From Squalus acanthias (lineage: Eukaryota): a DNA stretch of 64,000 nucleotides. The stretch covers positions 88,352,001 to 88,416,000 of the forward strand of contig CM059432.1 of assembly GCA_030390025.1 (NCBI GenBank). Reading direction: 5' to 3'. Position 1 is the first letter of the stretch; each line of letters opens with the position of its first letter. The notes beneath the pieces were generated by a model. The model saw only the letters and a list, made by a program, of their open reading frames with translations. It was not told the DNA's origin and did no database searches. Shown piece by piece: positions 1 to 10,966 of the stretch. Made by a program: the position numbers and the translations under genes.

Positions 1-819
1 AGTATCATTTAAATGAGCTGATCGCAGAATTTCTGATGGAGTCAACTTCCTGCCACACTTCGACTGACAGAGCGACGCCCCAAGAATGTCCAGCCTTCTG
101 TATTTAACCAGTATTTTGCTGGCAGGTTGTAAAAATCTATGAAAAAAGGAATGTTTTATCCTTGTGGTAAAAAGCATTTTCTTTGAGGATTTTGGGTTCT
201 CTGTTTGTTATCTTGGGTGTGCCATAATATCTTACCTACATATATCAGAGCAAATGGAAACACTCAAGAGTGAAGAGAGTGCGATTTCTCCAAATGTGTA
301 GCATTTAACACAGAAGGCGAAAATATCTAGTGCAAAAATGGTGGGAAAAAATCCTCAAAAACCCAACAATCTCTCTTTTCCCATAAAGTTGGTCATCATC
401 ACTAAATTGCAGTGATATAAACAGTATTCCAGACTAAAACAAGGATGTAGTTACCGTTGGGATCATGTAACAGCAATAAAAGTTCCCTGCAAGGTTTACC
501 CGCACCACTCTGACAAACACTTCAGGTGACATAAGGAATGGGCGGAGCTTGAGTAAAGGTAAGAACGGTTTCTGTTTTCCTCACGGAAATCAATATTACT
601 CGGTTTCTACATGTTACGAAAAGCGTTGACTGAAATGTAAAATGTTACAATAGAGACAACAAAACCCTTAAGACCCGTGTACAGGTTGCGTGTGGTACAT
701 TAGGTATTCGGGAAGAGATCGTTCCTGCTTTTTTTTTACCTATACAAAGTATAAGGAAAATCCTTCCCCCCGCCCCCATCCCCCAAAAGTTAATAAAAAA
801 TAAATAAATCAAGAAGGTA

Positions 820-1330
820 ACGTAGGGGACGACTGCGAGTGAGACGAGAAGGGCCAGTTCGGCACAAGGTAAAGTGGCGTGGAGCCGAGCAAGTGGCTTT
901 GACGTTAGTTACTGTTTAACATCTCCACCCACTTGGAGTTTATTCAAAGATCGATGCAGTGACAGGTTGGCCGGGGCCCGGCGCCTGGGACCGAGCCGCT
1001 CTCAGCAGCAGATGGGAAGGGCGCACCTTGCTGGCTCGGAGCTGACACTCGGGCGCTCTCTGCCCCTCCCGCCTGCCCTCACTCACTCTCTGAGCCCGCT
1101 CTGAGCCGCCTGCCCGCCCCCGCGGCCCACAGCAATGGCAACAAGCAGGAGAAACGCGGCTTAAAAGAGTAAAGGTAAGAATCGGCGGCTTTTTTCTTCT
1201 TCCTTCTCTCCCTGGCGCCGTGTGATCTGAAGTATATAAACAGCGGCCAGTACACGTGATGTGAGCGCCCCTCTCGCCCGCAGCAACCTCTTGTACTTAG
1301 ACCTCGACTTCTCTCTTTTTGCCCTCCGCT
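820..1330 (+). promoter_or_regulatory. CpG-rich promoter / 5' end of an unidentified host gene
   Basis: Dense CpG and GC content against an AT-rich background. GC boxes (CCCGCCCC at ~769 and ~1113), TGACGT at 900, CACGTG at 1253. No TE signature. Confidence 0.7.
1000..1174 (+). other. Candidate non-coding first exon (start approximate) ending at splice donor AAG|GTAAGA; contains uORF MATSRRNAA* (1135-1164)
   Basis: Strong donor at 1175 at the 3' edge of the CpG island, followed by T-rich intron-like sequence. No downstream coding exon recognised in the window. Confidence 0.55.
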
Positions 1331-3723
1331 ATTATTTCTGCATCTTTGTAGCGTTTGGGAGTTTGAGAAAGTGATGGGGGAGGAGCTTTTTAAAAAGATT
1401 TTTTTAAATTCTTTCCTTTACATGTCCACGTCACTCCTTGGTAACCTGTTGATAATTTTTTTGAAGAATCATTTTCAGCTAGCTATGTGTATGGGGAGTT
1501 TTATTTGTGAGCGAGGTGCTGGTGGAGCCCATCGTGTTGGTCGAACGGACTAGATTCATTGCACGGGTTGTGAGCAAACATGACCCGAGGCTGTCAGTTG
1601 AAATGAAATGCCATTAATACCAGGCAGGGAGCTGTAATTTCGTTACTAGGGTACAGTCATTTGTGTTTTGACTTCAGAATGTATTTAAGAATTATTTTGC
1701 GTATTGTTTTTTTTTTAATTAGGCGTTTTTCAGATTTAATGTAACTTTGTAAAAATCAAACTGTTCTCAGCCTTATTTATCCCTGGTTAAAAATGCGATA
1801 TGGTTTCTTAAAAATTAAATTGAATCTATATACACTGTAGGTAATACAGAAACAAGTTTTAAGAAGAAACTGAGTATCGTGCAGTCATTTATAGCGGGGC
1901 AAACCCATATTTACTCGCCGAGTTCAAACATTTATGTAAATAATAGAGCCAAATTTCCGTTGTCTCAGTTTCTGGCTGTTAACAGTTGTATGTGCCAGGA
2001 GACCTCGGTCATTGACTCCCACCTGGCTCTGAAGTAACCGAAAGCATATATTTACTCAATGTGGTGTCAAGATTTTAATTCTGATGAACTACTACAACCA
2101 TTTAAGACGCAGAATGCCTTATGTTAGTTGAACGCAAAGGTGATTTAATTTAAACTAGGGTTCTGAAATACATGACGATATAAAAGGAAAGTTTAATTGC
2201 GGGTATGTTCAAATGGAATATGTTAGACCAGATGAAAACGAGTAACTGAAAGAGGACTTTTGCACTTTCAGCTATATACCTTTTTACTACTTGCTTTATT
2301 ATTCAGAACTGGACTGTGTGCAGTTACATGGTGAACAGCATAGCAGATGAAACATAGTAGAAGTTACGATTCATCTGAATGTATTTGTAAACACATCGCA
2401 CGTACTGTAGTATTGATTTTTTCGGTAAATGCGGAAGATCTATTCAGTATATATGTTGCAGATTTATTGTGCTTATGCAAACGAAGATTTCAAAATATGT
2501 ACCAAATTTTAAACAATGGCTGAGATAAAACTAATAACTGGCTGCTGGGTTATTGCAAAGGTTTTATAGATGTGTTCTTCAAGTACTTGCTGTAGATTAT
2601 GTCAAATCATTGGTGATTGTTATTTGCTATTATATAACCTTTCTAGAAATTATTTTTATTTGAGAAACAAAATTCTGGTGAATGTTAAATAATAAAAAGT
2701 TCTGGTCAAATTAGCACACTCTTCATTCCATATTTTTCACACTCTATAGGAATAAAGAGTAGTTTGGTAGGTTCTGGAAATGCACACGGCAATATAGATG
2801 CTGTCATGACGTTACAGGCAGGTGCTTTCACACATGGCCCCCTACCCTTGCTTTGTATAAAGCTCCAGGATCTATGCCAGTGTCCAAGTTCATTTCCCCC
2901 CAGCTAAATGTTTATGCTTCTTGTATTAGTCCTCGCATAGCCAAATGTTTGGATGATGTCCGCAGCCTTTCAGTGGGAGTAAGTTAGATTAGTCAGACAT
3001 GTGGAATATTCTGTCATTGGCCCACCCAGGATTTTGTGTTTCTACAGATTTCCTAGGAGACTGTGTTAGCACCGGATGATGAAGCTCTGGAAAATATTCT
3101 AATCTGTCTTTTTCAAGACAATCATACAATGGCTGTACTTTGTATGGTAACATGAGTGACCATATGCTCCCTAGACAGCCAAATAGAAATCACATAAAGC
3201 AGGCAAAAACAAAGAAGACCATTAGCATAGACTGGATTAAGGCACAAATTTTGGATTTTACACTCAGCAGAAACAGTGTGACTGTGCTTATATTGGTACA
3301 ACTTTTGGCACTGACTCAGCAATATATCACCTATATCAAAAAGAAACTAAACATTTCCATTTTTGGGTCACATGTTAGCACCAACATCAGTCAAAGAGCG
3401 AAAATTTCGACTGCCCCCGAAAATGGGCGCGGGATCGCGATGCGCGATTAACCCACACCCATTCAAAGTAATGCAGGCAGCAAACAAACTTCGTGCTGCC
3501 TGCTAATTATAATGATTGTGGCATGCAGCCCAGCACTGAATGCACTGCTGAGTGGCTGCATGCCTCACCAGCGGGCCCAAGTTCATGTGACACTAGCCCC
3601 ACTTAAAGCTAACCTGCACTACTTAAAGGTAGCCTGCACCTCTTAAAGGGGAGATGCATCCTGGCTGCAGCAGGTGATTCAACTGGCTGGGGAACAGAGT
3701 GTAAGCAGGAACAACACAGAGTA

Positions 3724-5600
3724 ATGGCGCAATAGGGCAGAAAGCGGGCTCCAAGATTCTCTGATGCAGCACTGGTGGCCTTGGTGTAGGAGGTGGACAG
3801 GAAGAGAGAGGTCCTCTATCCACAGGGGGCCAGGAGGCCCTCCAGACAAACTCTGAAAAGGCAATGGGAGCAGATAGCCATCGCGGTAAATGCCAGCAGT
3901 GTAGCCCCGAGGACCTGGATGCAGTGCCGCAAGAAGTTTAATGACCTCACACGAGTGGTCAAGGTCAGTGAATTCATCCTCAACTGCCATATTGTTACAA
4001 CTGCACCACGAGGCTCAGACACTGCTCAATTCACTCCCCTACCAACAATCATTGTCAATCACGACTCATACCTCACATTCATTGCTTCACCTCACCCTCA
4101 CACACTTACCACTGCTGCAAGCCTCACATCCACATCTCACAGCTCGCACACACTCCCAGCTATTCAATCATGACAGGCACATGACCCAAACACATTGCAC
4201 CACACTCACTGACACACTTCACTCTCTCTTGCAGGATAATAAGGTGGCTCATAACCGGAGGCAACAGGACACTAACCGCAGTGAGACAGGTGCGCCTGCA
4301 TGATCTAACCCCTGTGGAGGAGACGGTGTTAGAAATAATTGGAGCAGCCATTGCTGAGCCCGTGGCCAGCGGCGGTACTGAAACAATCAGTATCCTCATA
4401 CCTAATCCTCCTTCTCACATCCTACTTCCCCCTCATTCCGCAATCTCTTCTGATTTACAAGCTGCAGATGGTGTAAGCGTGCACCTCTTGCTTTCCCCCC
4501 TCCCCTCACTGCAACACCACCCTTGTGCCTTTCTCCTTTCAGATAGCCAAGAACTGCAACCTGGCTGGGCAGTGGTGGAGGAGCAGAAAGTGCAAGAGGA
4601 AGAAGGAAGTGATGCTGAAGACGCATTGTCACTCGGTTTCGCACTCGCAGTCACCAGCTCAGATACTGACACTCCGAGTACTTTAGAGGATAGGTTAGAC
4701 ACGGGATCTCCACGCGGTGAGTTACTGGGCACGAGTGGCCTGCAGCCAGGGCAGGAAGAAAGGGTAGTGCAGGTACGAGCTCCCCGGAGGGCGAGGTCGC
4801 ACATGAGATCTGCTGCACTGGACTCAGATGAGGATTTTGATGGGGCAGCCTACAAAAGAAGGCTGATGGGTATGCGCAATGAAATGCTTGGTACTTTGGC
4901 AGGCCGGCCAGAAAGACTGAATGCAAGGTCAAGGAACATGGAGGGGTCTGGCACCAATCTTGCACAGGGTCTTGCGCAGAGCTTGGAGCCCATCCTGTCC
5001 AGCATGGAAGTGATGGGCAATTCCATTAGCGCACTTGCGGCCACAACCATGATGCAGCATCTGATGGCCGATGTCTCAGCTTCCAGTGCAGCACAAGCAG
5101 AAGGCACCCAATGTCTGGGTGCTGCAGTGGAAGCTCAGACTTCTGTCATGCAAGCTCAGACTGCATCCTCGCAAGCTCAGACTGCTGCCATCATGGCTGC
5201 GGTTACCAGTGTTGAAAGGGTGTCATAGCAATGGATTACTAGGATTGCTAAGGTGCTACCCTGTGGTATTGGCTGTGGCACCATGGAGCATAAGCCTACT
5301 GTTCTCTCTCAGGATGACAGTATTCGTGCTTTCACCACTGCCAATCTGCCAGTGCCCTTGCTTTTGCCTGTTAGCCAGCCAGCCCGGACTACTGCCACCC
5401 ATGCCGAGGTGGTACAGTCTGAAGCTGGGCCTTCTAGGCCCAGAGCTACTCGAGGTCGTCCTCCGAGGCCATCTGCAGTCTCCCCCACTGAAAGTCAGCA
5501 GGCTTCCACCAGCCATGCTACAGCCACTAGGGTAGCACTGCGTAGGGGCACTAGGACAGGTAAAGCCACAGGCACAAAGGAAATGTATGAGGGTGATTAG
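3724..5600 (+). pseudogene. Harbinger Myb/SANT-like DNA-binding gene, 3 exons, disrupted
   Basis: Exon 1 3724-3963 reads MAQ*GRKRAPRFSDAALVALV*EVDRKREVLYP...WEQIA...RTWMQCRKKFNDLTRVVK with two TAG stops. Donor GTCAGT at 3964, acceptor TTGCAG ending 4234, second acceptor TTTCAG ending 4542. Frameshifts downstream. Confidence 0.85.
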
Positions 5601-5768
5601 TTGACTTTGGTATGTAATATTGGATTGATTGATTTATAAAGTTGGTTTGGAATGTTTGTTTTGTGATGGCTTTTATTTCAGCATTGTGGCCAAGATAACG
5701 TTGTGATGGCCAGTAACAGAGGGAAGGTAAGGTGTGGAACTGTTGGTGAATGGAGAATTGGGTTGTCT

Positions 5769-6879
5769 TCACTGGTACCGCAGTTGGATCAGTTGATCAT
5801 GGACAGCCCAGTCAGGAAGGAGCTGTGTTGGTTGCCTCCTCCCTTCCTCTTCCTCTTCCTCCTTCTCAGCTCTTTGCCGTATACCTGGTGGCAAGGACTG
5901 TGCCCTCATGATGGCGAGGTTGTGCAGCATTCAGCAGACCACAGTGAATCTTGAGACGTGCTCAGGTGAGTACTGCAGGGCTCCTCCACAGCGGTCCAGG
6001 CAGTGGAAGCATTGTCTAAGCACCCCAAAGGTCTGCTCAATCACATTCTGGGTGGCAGCATGATGCCTACGGGTGCTTGGTTTGTGCACTGTCATGAGCC
6101 AGGTGGTTAGTGGATAGCCCTTGTCACGCAGTAGCCACCCTCTGGTTAGGTGTGGGGGCTCAAATGCGGATGGTGCAAGTGGATTGCCGCAGAATGAAGG
6201 CATCATGATTGCTGTCAGGATACCGAGCGTTGACTTGTATGATGCGCTGAGTATGGTCACATACCAGCTGACATTGAGGGAGTGGAATTCCTTCCGGTTG
6301 GGGTACATCTCCGAATTGAGATGCGGCGCCTGCAAAGCAACATGTGTGCAGTCAATAGCACCCTGCTCCATGGGGAAGCCTGTTTTCTTGGCAAAGCCAT
6401 GTGCTCACTCCGCCTGCTTCTCTCTGGCAAGAGAGAATGAAATGTACTCACCTCTCTTTGCATACAGAGCCTCAGTGATCTTCCTTATGCAACAGTGCAT
6501 GGCAAACTGGGAGATGGTGGAAATATCGCCTGCTCCAGCCTGGAAGGAGCCCGACGCATAAAAATTCATGGTCACGCTCACTTTCACAGCCACTGGCAAT
6601 GCCATCCTTGCCTTGCTCTGAGGATACAGGTCTGCAACAGTCGGCAGATTTCAGTGAGCACCTCCTTCGTGAAGCGGAGACATTGCATACACTGTTCCTC
6701 ACTGAGGTTGAGGTAGAAGAATTGCTCCTTGAAGACCCTGGGTGGATATGGCCTTCTGCTGAGAGCCCTTCTCCCCCTCCTCCTCCTCCCTCTTCAAGCA
6801 GTTTGTCCTGCTCTGTATCACCTCTGCTCATTTTCCTGTTAAGCTGCAGGCCAATGGGGATACAAACTACTGCACCCAT
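5769..6879 (-). pseudogene. Harbinger DDE transposase (HARBI1-family nuclease), frameshifted
   Basis: Motifs ALPVAVKV..NFYASGSFQ, GAIDCTHVAL, NRKEFHSLNV, LLRDKGYP and VIEQTFGVL are spread over several frames. Starts MGAVV at 6879 and ends DQLIQLRYQ*. Confidence 0.9.
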
Positions 6880-7059
6880 GTCTGGGAGCATCTGGTCTGA
6901 GCAGAAGCCTTGAAGTAACCTGCCACACCACTCCCTGGATATGTAAGCAACTTCAATCAGATAACAAACCACCAAACGCTTCTACAAATGGTCCAGGCAG
7001 CGGAAGTATTGTCTAAGCACCCCAGTTGTCTGCTTGATCACATTGTGGGGTATGGTAGC

Positions 7060-7487
7060 TTACGTTACTGGACTAGTAATCAACAGGCCTGCATCAGGAG
7101 TGTGCGCACGCCTCGGACACCATTTTGGACCCGAATCCACACACGTAGTGCCTAAAAACTGGGCACTACTGAGCCGATTGCGAGAAATAGAGACGTCCAA
7201 TGATGCTTGCTAACACTAACAGTCATTTCTCTTGCGTGAATGTGACACTGCAACTTGCCAAAGGAATAAAAACCCATCTGGTTCACTAATGCCATTTATG
7301 GAAGGAAATCTGCCATCTTTACCCGGTCTGGCCTATATGTGACTCCAGATCCACAGCAATGTGGTTGACTCTTAACTGCCCTCTGAATTGGTAGCTCACC
7401 ACCACCTTCTCAAGGGCAATTAGGGATGGGCAATAGATGCTGGCCTTGCCAGCGATGCCCACGTCCCATGAATAAATTAAAAAAAAA
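7060..7487 (+). mobile_element. tRNA-derived SINE (family B), interrupted by a 177-bp local duplication, inserted in the Harbinger
   Basis: Head GTTACTGGACTAGTAATC, body AAAAACCCATCTGGTTCACTAATG, tail GGGATGGGCAATAGATGCTGGCCTTGCCAGCG plus poly-A. Matches the copy at 29504-29955. Confidence 0.8.
7086..7262 (+). repeat. Direct duplicate of 7760-7936
   Basis: GGCCTGC.TCAGGAGTGTGCGCACGCCTCGGACACC...ACTGCAACTTGCCAAA is present at both sites with few mismatches. Confidence 0.92.
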
Positions 7488-9119
7488 CTCACCAGTAGAA
7501 ATCAATCAGTAACTAACCTGAAAGCAGTTGATGCTCCGTTTAAATAGCACTGATTGTGGGGTCACTCCTGCTGCAGAACACATGTTCAGCTGTGCGTGTT
7601 TAAGAGTGCTCAATTCTGGAGCATTGAGGCCAAAAATGGCTGTGCTGGCATCAAATCAGTGTTGCACGCTGATTGATGTCATGATGTGCGTACTCTGCAT
7701 ACTTCCGGCACACGCTCCCAGTGCCCCGCTAATGTCCTCCCCAAAATGACATCCGGTGTGGCCTGCGTCAGGAGTGTGCGCACGCCTCGGACACCATTTT
7801 GGACCCGAATCTGCACACGTAGTGCCAAAAAACTGGGCACTACGGAGCCGATTGCCAGAAATAGAGAAGTCCAATCATGCTTGCTGACACTAACAGTCAT
7901 TTCTCTTGCGTGAATGTGAAACTGCAACTTGCCAAATTTGCTTCGGATTAACAGAATTAAGGAATGACTGTGCCATGATTGCCACATTATTCACAACAGG
8001 GTAGATAAGCACAGTAAGTCTGGGAAATCTAGGTATGAACATAATGGTGCCAATGAAACACCAACATCACATGGTGCAAAAGACTTGAGTCATCAGTGGG
8101 GATTCACCAGTGTTGGATGAAGCTGAAAGTCCTTTTACACCCCTTACAGGAATTCATTGATGAATATTGAAAGAATTTTGGTACTGATTTGCACTGATAT
8201 ATTGTCAGCGATGACTACTAAATACAATGTAAATCAATGACAGATTACACTTGTTCCTTCCATGGTGGCAACTATCAGTCTAGTAATATGGGACTCCTGT
8301 CAAACAGGAACCCTTAACTTAGAAGTCCTGGTTCAAATGTAGCTAAAGCAACACTAGTGCTGGTGTACAGTACCTTTCAGACTGTTCTTCCTCTGGGATA
8401 GTGCCCTTTTTAAGGGCTCTCAAATCATAATCAAAGGACAGTATTTCCAAAGGAGCCTTGCTTTGTTTTCCTAGACCTGCTCTATGGGATTGATAACAAT
8501 TGGCTACTTTTACGGGTATGCTACCCAGCTGCAATATTTTCTTTGGGCGCCAATCCCTTCAAGATATCCACAGACTGCAGGAGAGGTAACCCAAACCTAC
8601 CAAATGAATGCTCGGCCCATGAATTTAAAAAAAAGATCTAATCAGGATTTGCTTACCTAAGGGCTGCACTGCTCCAAGCAGTTGCTAAAACAGATCTGTT
8701 TTCTTCTGAAAACCATTGCTTACCTTGATTGAAGACCAAATGTAGGCAGCCATTCTGCCACAGGAAACAGTAGCCCATGTCTTACAAACAGCAGTGAGAT
8801 GCATGGATTTCAGTGTTGCTCTGAAGACTGGCATAGCTGCATTTAATGGTTCTACCAAATGAGCTGTAGCCAGAATGATTATAAATACTCCTGAATGAGA
8901 AAAGTGTTTTTGGAGGAGAGGTAGACTGAAATGAGCTATAAATGCTATTATAGGGATGACTATGAAAAGCAGAATCACTTTTAAGACCCCTCCCTCACTC
9001 CGCTGACAGGCTACACTAAAGCCCTAGCTCAGCTGTAAATTTTTCATAGCAATGCCTGGAGTTCTTGGGTATCATACCCTAGTATGTCTCCTTGGCATAG
9101 AATCATCCAATATTATATT

Positions 9120-9864
9120 GGCCCAGAAATTCATCTCGCTCTGTTCCCGCGGGGGTAAGGCTTCCCCGCGATCTCTCACCTCGCTTGTGCTTTTTCAGAT
9201 CCAGCTCGCACGAACTTGATGTTCCAGACATCAGCTGGACAGTGCTTGCGTATCCCAGCGGCGTAGTGAATTCGTGCGAGCTGTGGGATCACATGACTCA
9301 GTTAGAGCCAATGGCAGCACACCATCTTCCATTCATAAGTTTCACATACGTGCTGTGAAATCTATGAATCTTACACCCCCCCCAAAATAACAGCTAAACC
9401 TCAATTAATTTTTTTTAAAAAACCATCACATTAATAAAATAAGTATAGTTAAATAAATTAACCATTTTAAATAAAAAATTAAATTTTTGAAAAAATTTAA
9501 AATCTTTTAAAAAGTTATAAAAATAAACTTACCTGTCTTTAAAGTCTCTAAAAAAGATATACCTGTTAAAAAAAATTCAAAAAAATACTTAATTCACTAC
9601 TTACCTTGTTAAAAGTGGGTCTTACTCCTCCTTTTTCCATTTCCAAAATCTTCCGTACTTACCTGCGCGTCCAAAGCATGAAGTGCACAGCGTGCGCGCA
9701 GCCTGTAGCGCGCACGCGATGCACTGAGGAACCGCCCCCTTTTCAAAAGAGCAATTGCCGGTTTTCAGCGCATGCGCAGTGCATGCAGAAAACCGGCAAT
9801 TGGAGAGAGAATACGCGAGAGTACGCAGTGCGTACTCTCGCGCACCGGGATGAACTTTCGGCCC
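9120..9864. mobile_element. Non-autonomous TIR element (MITE family B, probably Harbinger)
   Basis: Ends GGCCCAGAAATTCATC / GATGAACTTTCGGCCC, flanked by ATT...ATT (3-bp TSD). AT-rich core and internal palindromes. Homologous to 24775-25539. Confidence 0.8.
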
Positions 9865-10966
9865 ATTATATATCAGAATCGCTGGGTGCATCATAACATT
9901 CTATTCAAATTGTGCGTGTAGGTGATGCTGTAATCATGTTACATGACAGCCTACCCTGTAATTAAATGTGCAATGGAGAGTACTATAAGATGTTGGATGC
10001 TGTAAACTTTTAAAAAAATCCGGACCTTGCTGTTTGTTTAAAAATTGGGACCTTCACTTTTTTCCCAAACCCCTCCCTCCCCCACTGAGGCCTGTAGTAC
10101 TGGCACTAGGGCACTTTTCCAACCCCTACTCCCTCCCCCTTCCTCCACTGAGGTACTTTCCCTTCCTCTCCTGAGCTATTTTTCCAACCCACCCAATGAG
10201 ATACCTCTCCGACCCCCACTTCCCTATTTACTACCCCCCATCTACTTACCCTGCCCCTCCTCCGCCTCCCTTCCTACTTACCTCCCCACTGGGGGTGGGT
10301 GGGGATTACACTTCTGCCTGCCATTCCTGCCTGCTGACCCTACCTGGCTACAACCCCAACCCAATTCCTGGGTTGCGACTCATTAAAAATGCAGGGCAGG
10401 CTTCGGATGGTGTCACAGCCACAGAGATGGAGCTAGGCACTGCAAGGGAACAAAGTGAGATGCTGCTGCTTCAGTTCAATTGCTGCAACACCCGAATGAA
10501 GGTGAGGCAGCGTTATAAGCTTTGGAAGCGTCCTGAAGATTTTTTGAAACTCAAGAAAAAGCCTAGAATGAGTCACACCAGGACCAGGTATAGGGGCAGG
10601 TTAGAGGGAGTGATGGCCACTACTAGGCTCTCTCCTCCAGCAGAGACATCAGCAAGCTTCACGCTGCTGCCCTATTATGTACCCTTCTTCTGATGGTAGC
10701 TGGGACTGGTGGTACTTCAGCCAGGAGGCAGGGAAATTTGCAGGTTTCCCTGTCCCCACCTCCTGCCTGTCATTTAATTGTGGCAGGGTGGTTAAGAGTT
10801 AGGCAGCTAAGTTTCTTCCTGGGGAGAGGGAAATGAGGAAAATTGCCAGTGGCGGTTTCAGGGGTTGGTATCCAGCGGCAGGCTTCCCTGCCCCATTTCC
10901 TCTTTGTCACCTGATATACTGCCTGATTTCAAGAAGAATAGCAGGGGACTATCCAGGCCTCTGTCT

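Larger units (their letters stand above)
3396..7856. mobile_element. Decayed near-complete PIF/Harbinger DNA transposon (Myb-like gene on +, transposase on -, convergent)
   Basis: Contains both Harbinger genes. GC-rich subterminal regions. Left end GAGCGAAAATTTCG; right end degraded, so no TSD seen. Confidence 0.88.

Noticed and set aside
230..240. Minus-strand donor TAG|GTAAGA implying a divergent gene
   Set aside because: A single motif with no supporting exon or ORF; expected by chance.
874..1104. 76-aa ORF in the CpG island as host CDS
   Set aside because: GTG start, no recognisable domain; typical chance ORF in GC-rich DNA.
4281..5228. Longest ORF (315 aa) as a standalone novel protein
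   Set aside because: It is exon 2, a read-through intron and exon 3 of the Harbinger Myb gene, whose exon 1 has two stop codons.
5769..6879. Domesticated HARBI1 gene
   Set aside because: Multiple frameshifts, sits inside a transposon with its Myb partner, and similar decayed copies occur nearby.
7990..8690. Old LINE/RTE-like remnants
   Set aside because: Only a weak ADNISV-like hint on -; too degraded to call by eye.
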